The notes beneath the pieces were generated by a model. It was not told where the DNA came from and ran no database searches. It saw nothing but the letters and a program-made list of their open reading frames with translations. A DNA stretch of 64,000 nucleotides from an uncultured delta proteobacterium (lineage in GTDB: Bacteria > Desulfobacterota > Binatia > Binatales > Binataceae), in NCBI GenBank assembly GCA_963842085.1, contig CAWJET010000002.1, positions 160,001-224,000 of the forward strand. Reading direction: 5' to 3'. Below are positions 10,140 through 19,724 of the stretch, piece after piece (within the stretch, counting starts at the first letter, position 1; every line of letters begins with the position of its first letter). A program made the translations under genes and the position numbers.

Positions 10140-10194
10140 CAGGGATGACCCCTGCACCCAGTATTAGGATTCGGTACCTCGTTCCTGTTAGAAC
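10139..10194 (+). repeat. Dispersed ~60-bp intergenic repeat, copy 2
   Basis: GCAGGGATGACCCCTGCACCCAGTATT...GGTACCTCGTTCCTGTTAGAAC. Shares TGACCCCTGCACCCAG and CCTGTTAGAAC with copy 3. Confidence 0.8.
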
Positions 10195-10368
10195 ACTAGC
10201 GGGGAAGAAATCCTATCCTCTCCTCGGAGCCGGAGAAGAAGAAATTACTTCGCCGCACGCGGGCTGAACGCTGGTCTTGAACGATCGTTCTGGGGGCTTT
10301 GACTCTTGATTTGGCCGTGGTACTAGTCAGTTGACGGCGGTTTTCGAATACCGAAAGGAGGCTTGGCC

Positions 10369-10938
10369 ATGAAGCGCACGGGCGTCCATCATCTGGGGCT
10401 GGCGACTCTCGATATCGAGCGCACGATCGAGTTCTACACGACGAAGCTCGGCTGGGAAGTCGCGTGGTCGGATATTATCGAGCCGGACCAGGGCGGCAAG
10501 ATCAAGCACGTGTTCCTGAACACCGGCGACGGCAGCATGGTGGCGTTCATGTGTCCGGAAAAAGTGCCGGGCGTGCCGACGGAGTGGGCGACCGATATCA
10601 ACAGCGCGCAGGGACTGCCGGGCGCGTTCTACCATTTCGCGTTCAACTGCGACGATGTGAAAGAACTCGAAGCCAAACGCGAGCAGCTGATCGGGCGCGG
10701 CGTCGAGGTGACGCCGGTGGTCGATCACGAATGGTGCCGCTCGATCTACTTCCGCGATCCCAACGGCCTGCTGCTCGAGTACTGCGCGACCGTCCGGGCG
10801 TTCACGGAAGACGACAAGGTGATGAAGCATCACGATCAGCCGGGACCGATGGTGACGGATCCGGACGATGCGAAAAAAGTCTACAAGATGCTGATGGGTC
10901 CGCAGTCCTCGCCGAAGGCGAATCGCACGCCAGTGTGA
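10369..10938 (+). CDS. VOC/glyoxalase family protein
   Basis: GVHHLGL, YHFAF, SIYFRDPNGLLLE. RBS AAGGAGG precedes ATG 10369. Confidence 0.9.
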   Translation: MKRTGVHHLGLATLDIERTIEFYTTKLGWEVAWSDIIEPDQGGKIKHVFLNTGDGSMVAFMCPEKVPGVPTEWATDINSAQGLPGAFYHFAFNCDDVKELEAKREQLIGRGVEVTPVVDHEWCRSIYFRDPNGLLLEYCATVRAFTEDDKVMKHHDQPGPMVTDPDDAKKVYKMLMGPQSSPKANRTPV

Positions 10939-11083
10939 ACGGGCGCGAGCGCGCGGCTGATTGACGACTCAAAGTAGAGCGGCCGGCGATCGATTGCGAT
11001 CGCATGGCCGCTTTCTCTTTTATTTCTTCACCGGGGTAGGCATTCTCCCGGCTGACCACAAATCCGAATCAGGAGCTTTGACG

Positions 11084-11764
11084 ATGGCAGAAATCGGACT
11101 TTTCGAGGCAATTTACTCGGCGCGCTCGCTCAGGCGATTCAAGCCCGACCCGGTTCCCGACGATGTGATCACCAAGGTGCTCGACGCAGCGATTCGCGCG
11201 CCGTCGGGCAGCAACCAGCAGAGTTGGGAGTTCGTCGTGGTCAAGGACGCGGCGCAGCGCAAGAAGATTGGCGCGGTGTACCAAAAGGGCGGCGCAATTT
11301 TGAAGGCACTCTATGCGGATCGCGTCAAACCGGAGCACATGAGCGAGGACACCTATAGAAAACTGACGGCGTCGGCGTACCACCTGATCGATCACATGGC
11401 GGACGCACCGGTGCTGCTGCTCGCATGCCTGAAGCGGACGCCGCCCGCGACACCGCCGCCCACGCTTCCGCCCGAGGTGGCGGCGGGCCTCCGGAGCCAG
11501 GCGCGGATCTCAGGCTCGAGCATCTATCCTGCCGTGCAGAATATTATCCTGGCGTGTCGCGGGCTGGGTCTCGGCACGGTGCTGACGACAATTCACACGT
11601 TCTTCGAGGACGAGGTGAAGGCGATATTGGGCCTGCCGCCCGAAGTGCTGACGTATGCGCTGATGCCGATCGGATATCCGGATGGAAAGTTCGGACCGAT
11701 CAAGCGCCGGCCGGTGAGCGAGGTCGCCTACCTGGACCGATACGGCACGCATTGGAAAGGGTGA
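11084..11764 (+). CDS. Nitroreductase family protein
   Basis: RSLRRF, APSGSNQQSWEF, QNIILACRGLGLG, PIGYP. RBS AGGAG precedes ATG 11084. Confidence 0.93.
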   Translation: MAEIGLFEAIYSARSLRRFKPDPVPDDVITKVLDAAIRAPSGSNQQSWEFVVVKDAAQRKKIGAVYQKGGAILKALYADRVKPEHMSEDTYRKLTASAYHLIDHMADAPVLLLACLKRTPPATPPPTLPPEVAAGLRSQARISGSSIYPAVQNIILACRGLGLGTVLTTIHTFFEDEVKAILGLPPEVLTYALMPIGYPDGKFGPIKRRPVSEVAYLDRYGTHWKG

Positions 11765-11767
11765 GCA

Positions 11768-12235
11768 TCAGTCGGGTTCGCTTCGCAGATCCTCGGTGAC
11801 TTTGCCGGCGAGGTGGCGGACCTGGTCGTGCTGCGAGAGCAATGAAGCGAGCACGGCGGGGTCGCGCTTGCCGGCGAGCCGGTACTCGTCGGCGGCGTGC
11901 GCGAATTTCTCGTAAGCGTTCAGCAGTTTCACGAAATCGCGATGCGACGGGCGGGACGACTCGCGCGGCGTCGATGACGAGAAGGCGTTGGCCTTGTTGA
12001 AGGCGTAGTAAAATTCGCCCATCTCCTCGGACGACAGTTGGCGATCGTCGAGCTTGAAATCGGTGCGGCAGTAATCGGCCAGCTTGTCCGACATATCGGA
12101 GAGCAGCGACACGTTTGCCGCCATTGTGCGGCGGTAGTCGGAGGAGTAGCAGGCGCTGGCCGCGGCGATGGCGACGGTAATCGCGAGAAAAAAGACGGGA
12201 CGGCGAAGACCGGCCCGCCGAAGTGAGTACAACAA
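11768..12235 (-). CDS. Hypothetical lipoprotein
   Basis: Basic N-terminus, hydrophobic stretch, lipobox-like AASAC, helical body. Start approximate (TTG ~12235). Confidence 0.6.
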   Translation of the reverse strand: MLYSLRRAGLRRPVFFLAITVAIAAASACYSSDYRRTMAANVSLLSDMSDKLADYCRTDFKLDDRQLSSEEMGEFYYAFNKANAFSSSTPRESSRPSHRDFVKLLNAYEKFAHAADEYRLAGKRDPAVLASLLSQHDQVRHLAGKVTEDLRSEPD

Positions 12236-12252
12236 GGCGCGACCACGCCGTC

Positions 12253-12978
12253 TCAGCCGAGATATTCTTTGAAGAACGCGATGGTCCTGGTCCACGCCTC
12301 CTTGGAATGCACGGGGTGGAACGACGGACGATCGTCGCACATGAAACCGTGATCGGCGTCGGGGTAAAAGACCACCTCGGCTGGCTTGCCGGCCTTCTTC
12401 AGGGCGTCGCGAAATTCGTCCACTTCGGAAATCGGGATAAAGGCGTCCTTGCCGCCGAAGAAGGCCAGCACCGGTGCCTTCAGCCCGTCGACGTATTCAA
12501 TTGTCGGCTTCACGCCGGGCTGGCGCGACTTGACTATCCCGCCGCCGTAGTACGGTGCGGTGGCTCTGACAGCGGGATTGCGGCATGCGGTCATGAAGGC
12601 GACGCGTCCGCCCATGCAGAAGCCGACGGTGCCGAACGCGGGCTTGACTTCGGTCATGGCCTTGAGGTGATCGATCGCGGCGCCCATGTCGGCGACGATT
12701 TGATCGTCGTTGACCGAGCCCATCAGGCGAAAGGCGCCGGGCAGATCGTTGTAGCCGACGACGTTGTTGGGTTGGCGAAAATAAAGATTCGGGGCGATCG
12801 CGACGAAGCCTTCCGAGGCGAACTGATTGGTGATGCGCTTGATCTGATCGTTGAGGCCGAACGCTTCCATCACGACCACCAGCGCGGGATACGGACCTCC
12901 GGACGCGGGACGCGCGAGATGCGCCGGCATCTTCTCGGCGCCGGTGCGGACGGATACTTCATTCGAGACGACTTCCAT
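12253..12978 (-). CDS. Dienelactone hydrolase family protein
   Basis: EAFGLN, GFCMGG nucleophile motif, YPDADHGF. RBS GGAGG precedes ATG 12978. Confidence 0.93.
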   Translation of the reverse strand: MEVVSNEVSVRTGAEKMPAHLARPASGGPYPALVVVMEAFGLNDQIKRITNQFASEGFVAIAPNLYFRQPNNVVGYNDLPGAFRLMGSVNDDQIVADMGAAIDHLKAMTEVKPAFGTVGFCMGGRVAFMTACRNPAVRATAPYYGGGIVKSRQPGVKPTIEYVDGLKAPVLAFFGGKDAFIPISEVDEFRDALKKAGKPAEVVFYPDADHGFMCDDRPSFHPVHSKEAWTRTIAFFKEYLG

Positions 12979-13229
12979 GACTGAAACCTCCCTCAAGAGA
13001 TTCGCGTCCGCCGACAAGCGGGTCGCGCGATCACGGATCGCGTTTGACGGGAACGCGATCCGGCGACCTTTCTCGCATACAACGCGCTCCCGCTCAAGTG
13101 AGAAGTTTCGACCAGGCGCTCGCATAAGAAATTTTTTCTTCGACGACCACGCCGTCTCGCGCGGACCCGCCGCGCGCCGGTAGTATTGCTCGGCCGGTCG
13201 ATCAATCCGCGTGCCGGCCCGACGTTCCT

Positions 13230-13949
13230 ATGATCCCGCTTCGCGATAACGCCGCGCCGCGCCGCCTGACTCCAATCAACAGTGCCCTTCTGGCTGCGAA
13301 CGTCGCGGTGTTCGTCTACGAAGTGGCGCTCGGCGCGCGCGTGGCGGCCTTCGTCGAGAGATTCGCGATGGTGCCGGCTGCGGTGACGCGAGCGCTTTCG
13401 ACCGACGCGCTAGCGTGGCACGGGCACGGGGCGCATCGCAGCCTCGGCACGCTCGCGCCGTTGATGACGACCGTCACATCGATGTTCATCCACGGCGGTT
13501 TCTGGCACGTCGCCGGCAACATGCTGTATCTGTTCATCTTTGGCGCGGCCGTCGAGTATCGGATGGGCGCGGCGCGCTACCTGATTTTTTATTTCGCCGC
13601 GGGAATCGCGGCGGCGCTCGCGACGGTGTGGATCGCGCCCGCGTCGAGCGTGCCGGTGATCGGCGCCAGCGGTGCGATCGCGGGCGTGCTCGGCGCGTAC
13701 TTCATCCTGTACCCGCGCGGACGCATCCTGACGATTATCCCGATTTTCGTTTTCATCCAGTTCGTCGAAATACCGGCGGTCATCTACCTGCTGGTCTGGT
13801 TCGCGGTGCAGCTCTACGCGGGACTCGAAGAAGGGGGGCGGGCGGCGGCGATGGGAGGAGTGGCATGGTGGGCGCACGTGGGCGGCTTCATGTTCGGCGT
13901 AGCGCTTGGGCCGATGCTCGCGGTGAATCGTCCGCGCCGGCGTCGATAG
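13230..13949 (+). CDS. Rhomboid intramembrane serine protease
   Basis: MFIHGGFWHVAGNM, GASGA, AHVGGF. Confidence 0.95.
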   Translation: MIPLRDNAAPRRLTPINSALLAANVAVFVYEVALGARVAAFVERFAMVPAAVTRALSTDALAWHGHGAHRSLGTLAPLMTTVTSMFIHGGFWHVAGNMLYLFIFGAAVEYRMGAARYLIFYFAAGIAAALATVWIAPASSVPVIGASGAIAGVLGAYFILYPRGRILTIIPIFVFIQFVEIPAVIYLLVWFAVQLYAGLEEGGRAAAMGGVAWWAHVGGFMFGVALGPMLAVNRPRRRR

Positions 13950-14092
13950 CGCCGGCCGACTGTGCATCGGCTGTGGACGGCGTGGTGACAACCGTTGGCT
14001 TGCGGCTGGGGTAATAGTTGTAAGCGGTCATCGCATGGGAAATAATTTGCGCTCCTGGAATTCAGCGCGCGCGGTCGGGAGGTGGTGGTGAG

Positions 14093-15475
14093 GTGGCGGT
14101 ATCGTCGGACGATATTCTGAAGCGCGTTCCTCCGCAGAATCTCGAAGCAGAGCAGTCGGTGCTGGGCGCCATCCTGCTCGACAACGACGCGATCAACCAC
14201 GCGCTCGAAATCCTGTCGGATGAGGACTTCTACCGCGAGTCGCATCGCCAGATTTTCCGCGCGATGGCGGAGCTTACCGACCACAGCCAGCCGGTCGACG
14301 CGATCACGCTGACCGACGCGCTGCGCACCAGGGGCGTGCTCGAGCAGATCGGCGGCCCGGCGTACATCGCGGAGCTGGCTTCGATCGTGCCGACCGCCGC
14401 GAACGTCGCGCACTACGCGCGAATCGTGCACGACAAGGCGGTGCTGCGCAGCCTCGGCTCGATCGCGACCGACATCGCGAGCTCGTCGTACGAGGCGCCG
14501 TCGGACGTGGACGGTTTCCTGGACGAAGCCGAGCATCGCATCTTCGAGATTTCCGAGCGGCGGATTAGGCCGGCGTTCCACACGATGCCGGAGTTGACGC
14601 GCGAGTCGCTGAAGATCCTCGAGCGGCTGTACGAAAACCGCGAGATGATCACCGGCGTGCCGAGCGGATTCATCGATCTCGACCGCATCACGGCGGGCTT
14701 CCAGCCGTCGGACCTGGTCATCATTGCGGCCCGTCCGAGCATGGGCAAAACGGCGCTCGCGCTGAACATTGCGGCCTACGCGGCGATGGACGCGGACCCG
14801 CCCGTGGGAGTCGCGTTTTTTTCGCTGGAAATGTCGAAGGAACAGCTCGTGCTGCGCATGCTGTGCTCGGAAGCGCGGGTGGACAGCGCGCGTGCGCGCC
14901 AGGGATTCCTGGGCGAGCGTGATTTCCCGAAGCTGGCGCAGGCCGCGGCGCGCCTGTCGGAGTCGAACATCTATATAGATGACTCGTCGGACACGACCTC
15001 GATCACGCTCAAGGCGAAATGCCGGCGGCTCAAGCGCGAACGCGCCAAGAATCTCGGCCTGATAATCGTCGACTATATTCAGTTGATGAGATCGGCGCGG
15101 CCCGGCGAAAATCGCGAAAAAGAGATCGCGGAAATCTCGCGCTCGCTCAAAGCGCTGGCGAAAGAACTGAAGGTCCCGGTGATTGCGCTGTCGCAGCTCA
15201 ACCGGCAGGTCGAGTCGCGCGAGAATCGCCGCCCGATGCTGGCCGACTTGCGCGAGTCGGGCGCGATCGAGCAGGACGCCGACGTGATCGCGTTCATCTA
15301 CCGCGAAGAAATGTACAAGGGCAAAGAGAGCAAGGAGCCGGGCGTCGCCGAGATTATCGTCGCCAAGCAGCGCAACGGTCCCACCGACACGGCGAAGCTC
15401 ACCTACATCAACAACTACACGCGCTTTGAGAACTACACGCCGGAGACGGGCGTGTTCGAGGATACCGGCGTCTAG
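14093..15475 (+). CDS. dnaB: Replicative DNA helicase DnaB
   Basis: EAEQSVLG, AARPSMGKT, FSLEM, VDYIQL, LSQLNR, DLRESGAIEQDAD, KQRNGP. Confidence 0.98.
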   Translation: MAVSSDDILKRVPPQNLEAEQSVLGAILLDNDAINHALEILSDEDFYRESHRQIFRAMAELTDHSQPVDAITLTDALRTRGVLEQIGGPAYIAELASIVPTAANVAHYARIVHDKAVLRSLGSIATDIASSSYEAPSDVDGFLDEAEHRIFEISERRIRPAFHTMPELTRESLKILERLYENREMITGVPSGFIDLDRITAGFQPSDLVIIAARPSMGKTALALNIAAYAAMDADPPVGVAFFSLEMSKEQLVLRMLCSEARVDSARARQGFLGERDFPKLAQAAARLSESNIYIDDSSDTTSITLKAKCRRLKRERAKNLGLIIVDYIQLMRSARPGENREKEIAEISRSLKALAKELKVPVIALSQLNRQVESRENRRPMLADLRESGAIEQDADVIAFIYREEMYKGKESKEPGVAEIIVAKQRNGPTDTAKLTYINNYTRFENYTPETGVFEDTGV

Positions 15476-16650
15476 AACGAGTCCAGCTCGTCTTCCATCG
15501 GCTCTTGCTTGATCATCGGATGCGACGACTTGACGGTGAGCGCCGGCTTCGGTGATTTGTCGAGCTTGTAGTCGTCGAGCGTGTACCGATCGATCGCGAA
15601 CGGCAGTCCCTCCGAGGCCGGGAACGACGGCGCGTCGCAGACCTGGAAATGCAAGTGCGGCTCCGATGAATTGCCGGTATTGCCGAGATGCGCGAGCACG
15701 TCGCCGGCGTGAACGGTGTCGCCCACCTTCACCTTGAGTGTGCCCGGCCGCAGATGCGCGTATGCGGCGAAGTGCCCGTCGCTCAGCTCCTGGATGACGT
15801 GATTGCCGGCGAGAGTTTCGTACGTAATCGGCACGGCGATTTTGCCGCTGTTGGGGACGTTCTCGGGGATGCCGTCCTTCACCTCGACGATCTTTCCGTC
15901 GCCGACCGCGTGAATCTCCTGATCCCATGCGTGATAGCTGCTGTTCTTGTGCTCGTCTCCGGTGAACGATTTGCCGTCGTCGCCGAGCTGAATCCAGTCG
16001 ATCGCGTAGCGCTGTCCGATGTGCGGCTGACCGTTCACCGGCAGCATCGCACGGCGATGCGCCGAGGTGTTGGAGGGGCCGTTGGCAGCGAGCCAGTTAG
16101 TCCCGCGGAGCGGAGAATGAATCACGATCGGGTCGTCCGAGTTTATTTCGAGCCCGGCGGCGTGAATGGTTCCGGAGCCGCTGCGCTCGCCGTGCTGTTC
16201 GATCGTAATGGCGGTATTGAAAGTGTCCGGATCGTCCTGGTCGGGAAGCCAGTCGGCAAAAACAAAAAAGACGCCGGTCTCGCCCGGCTTGAGACTCGGA
16301 TCGTTGGGCTTGCTGAGGTCGCCGCCCGTGGCCGGCACGAACATCGCGGCCAGTTGTTTGCCGCTCGCCGACTGCGTGACGACAACCTTGTCGTCGTCTT
16401 TTCCATTCACGTCGAGCCTGGCGACTTTGAGCGGCGTCCTGCCGAAATTCGTGACGTATAACTCGTAGGCCGAATGCCGGTGACCGGCGCCGTCGAGGAT
16501 TTGCGCCTCGGGCGGCCACGGCGTTGCGACGACGCGCATGTAGAGCGGGTCGTTTTCGGGCGCTGGCGGCGACTTTTGCTCGGCGAACGACGACCGCGCG
16601 AACGCGAACGAAGTCAGCGCTACGAGCACAAGCAGTCGCGAGCGATACAT
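15472..16650 (-). CDS. Secreted M23 family metallopeptidase
   Basis: Signal peptide, YAHL and GNTGNSSEPHLHF. Confidence 0.9.
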   Translation of the reverse strand: MYRSRLLVLVALTSFAFARSSFAEQKSPPAPENDPLYMRVVATPWPPEAQILDGAGHRHSAYELYVTNFGRTPLKVARLDVNGKDDDKVVVTQSASGKQLAAMFVPATGGDLSKPNDPSLKPGETGVFFVFADWLPDQDDPDTFNTAITIEQHGERSGSGTIHAAGLEINSDDPIVIHSPLRGTNWLAANGPSNTSAHRRAMLPVNGQPHIGQRYAIDWIQLGDDGKSFTGDEHKNSSYHAWDQEIHAVGDGKIVEVKDGIPENVPNSGKIAVPITYETLAGNHVIQELSDGHFAAYAHLRPGTLKVKVGDTVHAGDVLAHLGNTGNSSEPHLHFQVCDAPSFPASEGLPFAIDRYTLDDYKLDKSPKPALTVKSSHPMIKQEPMEDELDSF

Positions 16651-16665
16651 CGTCAGTCTCTTCCG

Positions 16666-17331
16666 TCAGTGCGTGCTCTTGTCGTCGTCGGATGTCTCGG
16701 CCCCCGGCTCGGCCGGTTCTTCTGCTGACGGCTCCGCAATCGCGGCGGAGTCCTCGGGATGAGTCTCGATGCCTTCGACCGGCCCGGTGTTCACCTGCTC
16801 GACGGCGCGCTCGATCTCGCGGAACTCCGACAGGTCGGGCAGGCTTTCAAGGTCCTTGAGGCCGAACAATTCGAGGAACTCGCCGGTAGTTTCATAGACC
16901 ATCGGGCGTCCGGGTGCGTCCTTGCGCCCGGCAATCTTGACGAGCCGCTTTTCGAGCAGCGTTTCGAGCACGCCGCCCGTGTCGACGCCGCGCAACTGTT
17001 CGATCTCCGGGCGAGTGATCGGCTGCCGATAGGCGATAATCGCGACGGTCTCCATCAGCGGGCGGCTGAGGCGCGGCGGCCTGGCGGCAAGCAGCTTGCG
17101 GACGTAGCCGGCGTGGTCCTTGGGCGTGCGCATCTGGTAGCCGCCGGCGACTTCGTCGATGACGATGCCGCGGTTTTCGGCGGCGTACTCGGCCGCCATC
17201 GCGGCGAGCGCTTTTTGCACGGTCGCGCGCGGGACGTCGTCGAAGACCGCGGCCAGCCGTGCGAGCGAGACCGGCTCGCCGGCCGCGAACAGCAGGCTCG
17301 CGAGAACTGATTTCAATCGCTCTTCTTCCAC
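16666..17331 (-). CDS. scpB: SMC-Scp complex subunit ScpB
   Basis: EVAGGYQMRT, IIAYRQPITRPEIEQLRGV, GRPMVYETT..FL..FGL. Confidence 0.96.
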   Translation of the reverse strand: MEEERLKSVLASLLFAAGEPVSLARLAAVFDDVPRATVQKALAAMAAEYAAENRGIVIDEVAGGYQMRTPKDHAGYVRKLLAARPPRLSRPLMETVAIIAYRQPITRPEIEQLRGVDTGGVLETLLEKRLVKIAGRKDAPGRPMVYETTGEFLELFGLKDLESLPDLSEFREIERAVEQVNTGPVEGIETHPEDSAAIAEPSAEEPAEPGAETSDDDKSTH

Positions 17332-17342
17332 TCAGCCTCCGC

Positions 17343-18101
17343 TCATGCCGCGGCGCCGCGCTCGAGAAAAATCGGGCCGAAGCGCACTTCCTGAAACGCG
17401 CGAACTTCGCGCCGGCGTATCAGTTCGAGCAGCGCCATAAACGTTGCAATTACCAGCGATCGATCGCCCGCATCCTCGAACAGCGCGGCGAACTGGATCC
17501 GGCCCGCGCCTTCCAGCGCACGCATTATCCGCGGGATACATTCCGCCACCGGGATGTCGCGCAGCTCAATTGCGCGCGGCGTCTTGTCGGCGACGCGCTT
17601 GAGCACTGCGCCAATCGCCTCGACCAGATCGAAAATCGAAACAGTGTACTGACTGGCGCTCGCGTCTTCGGGCGCGACTTCGCCGGGCGTGGTGAACACG
17701 TCGCGGCCCAGGATCGCGCGCTCGGCGAGTTTTTCAGCCGCCTCGCGATAGCGCTGATATTCGAGCAGCCGTTCGACCAGGTCGCGCTTGAGCTCCTCGG
17801 CTTCCTCGGTGTCGGCGAGCTCCGGATGCGGCAGCATCGCGAACGACTTGATCAACAGCAGCGTCGCCGCCATCACGAGGTACTCGCCCGCCACGTCGAG
17901 ATTCAACTGATCGAGCAACTCGAGCCATGCCAGGTACTGCTCGGTGATCACGCTGGCGGTGACCTCGTGCGGGTCGAGCTCGGCGCGCTTGAGCAGATGC
18001 AGCAGCAGGTCGAGCGGGCCTTCGTAAATCGGGAGACGGAAGCGAACGCCGGCGTCGGCACCGAGCCTGGGCGGCATGCTGGATTCGTTTTCGTTGCTCA
18101 C
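17343..18101 (-). CDS. scpA: Segregation/condensation protein ScpA
   Basis: YEGPLDLLLHL, AGEYLVMAATLL, FMALLEL. GTG start overlaps the upstream TGA. Confidence 0.96.
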   Translation of the reverse strand: MSNENESSMPPRLGADAGVRFRLPIYEGPLDLLLHLLKRAELDPHEVTASVITEQYLAWLELLDQLNLDVAGEYLVMAATLLLIKSFAMLPHPELADTEEAEELKRDLVERLLEYQRYREAAEKLAERAILGRDVFTTPGEVAPEDASASQYTVSIFDLVEAIGAVLKRVADKTPRAIELRDIPVAECIPRIMRALEGAGRIQFAALFEDAGDRSLVIATFMALLELIRRREVRAFQEVRFGPIFLERGAAA

Positions 18102-18760
18102 AGCTGCACCATCCACGAGATCGCGCCCAGCGCCATATTCATGACCGGATAGATCGCGACATCCAGCCAATGCGTATACAGCAGCAGCAGCAGTATAAGG
18201 AAGCCGTAACGCTCGGTGTGCGCGTAGGCGCGTGCGGCCGTGATCGGCAGGACACTGAACAACACGCGCCCGCCGTCCAGCGGCAGCACGGGAAAGAGGT
18301 TGAAGACTCCCAGTTCGACGTTGACGATCACCGACGCCTGCAACATCCGCGCGAGCGGTAGTGCGACCGTCGGACCGAACGATCCGTGCAGAAAGAGCGG
18401 TGCTGCTCGCAGCAGCAGTCCACTGACGATTGCCAGCACGAAGTTCGTCAACGGCCCGGCGGCCGCCACTTTCAACATGCCGGTCCGTCCGCCGCGCAGC
18501 ACGCGGAAATCGACGGGGACCGGCTTGGCGTAGCCGAGCACGGGCAGATTAAAGAGATACAGCGCGAACGGCAGGATAATCGTCCCAAAAAGATCGATGT
18601 GCGAAATCGGATTGAGCGTGAGCCGTCCCGCGCGACGCGCGGTTTCGTCGCCAAGGCGCAGCGCCACCACGCCGTGCATGATCTCGTGCGCGATGATTGC
18701 GAACATGATCGGCGGCGCGACGATGCAGATGGTCGCGATCGTTTCGTTCAGATCGCCCAA
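18098..18760 (-). CDS. Site-2 protease (M50)
   Basis: HEIMHG, AAAGPLTN, NLFPVLPLDGG. Confidence 0.95.
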   Translation of the reverse strand: MGDLNETIATICIVAPPIMFAIIAHEIMHGVVALRLGDETARRAGRLTLNPISHIDLFGTIILPFALYLFNLPVLGYAKPVPVDFRVLRGGRTGMLKVAAAGPLTNFVLAIVSGLLLRAAPLFLHGSFGPTVALPLARMLQASVIVNVELGVFNLFPVLPLDGGRVLFSVLPITAARAYAHTERYGFLILLLLLYTHWLDVAIYPVMNMALGAISWMVQL

Positions 18761-18761
18761 G

Positions 18762-19724
18762 TCAGTCCGAGCCTTCCGCCGCGCTCGCGCGGGTCGCGCG
18801 CGGATGAAACGTGCGATGGACCTTGCGCAAGTGGCTCTTTGAGAGATGGGTGTAGATTTGCGTGGTCGAGATGTCGCTGTGGCCGAGCATCTCCTGCACG
18901 GCGCGCAGATCGGCGCCGCCCTCGAGCAGATGCGTGGCGAAGCAATGCCGCAAAGTATGCGGGCTGATCCATGCGAGTCGCGGCTCGGCGGCGGCCCATC
19001 CCTTGAGCGCCTTGAAAAATCCCTGGCGGGTCATCGCGCGGCCGAGCCTTGTGATGAAAACCGCGGAGACGCGCCGCGGAACTTTCTTCGAGCCGCACTT
19101 GCCGTCCTCGGGCGGATTCAGGATCTCGTCACGGCGCTCCAGGTAGGCCTTCAGCGCGCGAATCGCGGCACCGCCCATCGGCACCATCCGCTCCTTGCCG
19201 CCCTTGCCCAGCACAACTACGGCGCCGGCCGCGAGATTCACCTGATGCAGTTGCAAGCCGACCAGCTCCGAAACGCGCAGGCCGCATCCATAGGCCATTT
19301 CGAGCATCGCGCGATCGCGCAGTCCGCGGGCGTCGTGCGCATCGATCGCAGCGATAAGATTTTCGATGTCGCCGGGCGACAGCGTGCGCGGGAGTTTGCG
19401 CGGATGCGGGCGGAGTTTCACCGACGGCGCGGGATCGCGCTCAATGATCTTCTCGTCCACCAGCTCGCGCGCGAGCCCGCGCAGGCTGGCGAGATGGCGG
19501 CGCTGCGAACTGACGGCGAATCCATTGTCGGCGAGCGCTTCGAGGTACGCGGTCAGAGCGGCGGCGTCGAGCTGCGCGGGCGCCAGGCCGGCCGCGCGGC
19601 ACCACGATTGGAAAAGGCTGAGGTCGTGCGCGTATGCCTCCATCGAATGGCGGCTGAGCCCGCGCTCGACCGCCTGGCGCGACAAATGGCGATCGATCAG
19701 CTCGTCCCAGCTGGGGACGCTCAC
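18762..19724 (-). CDS. xerD: Tyrosine recombinase XerD
   Basis: RDRAMLE..Y.CGLRVSE, GKGGKER, MTRQGF, SPHTLRH.FATHLL..GADLR.VQ.MLGH..ISTTQIYTH. Confidence 0.92.
   Translation of the reverse strand: MSVPSWDELIDRHLSRQAVERGLSRHSMEAYAHDLSLFQSWCRAAGLAPAQLDAAALTAYLEALADNGFAVSSQRRHLASLRGLARELVDEKIIERDPAPSVKLRPHPRKLPRTLSPGDIENLIAAIDAHDARGLRDRAMLEMAYGCGLRVSELVGLQLHQVNLAAGAVVVLGKGGKERMVPMGGAAIRALKAYLERRDEILNPPEDGKCGSKKVPRRVSAVFITRLGRAMTRQGFFKALKGWAAAEPRLAWISPHTLRHCFATHLLEGGADLRAVQEMLGHSDISTTQIYTHLSKSHLRKVHRTFHPRATRASAAEGSD

Noticed and set aside
13950-14092. DnaA boxes or oriC upstream of dnaB
   Set aside because: Only degenerate TGTGCATCG/TGTGGACGG matches. No TTATCCACA cluster or AT-rich unwinding element.
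13814-15928. Long antisense ORFs (e.g. 13814..15928, 33073..34713, 58904..60700, 36085..37536)
   Set aside because: These are shadow ORFs opposite well-supported genes, expected in high-GC DNA, with Arg-rich, non-motif translations.
18762-19724. Tyrosine recombinase as the integrase of a mobile element
   Set aside because: It has XerD-type motifs and sits in a housekeeping glnD-xerD-S2P-scpAB run with overlapping genes. It is ~10 kb from the island, whose repeats do not look like dif.
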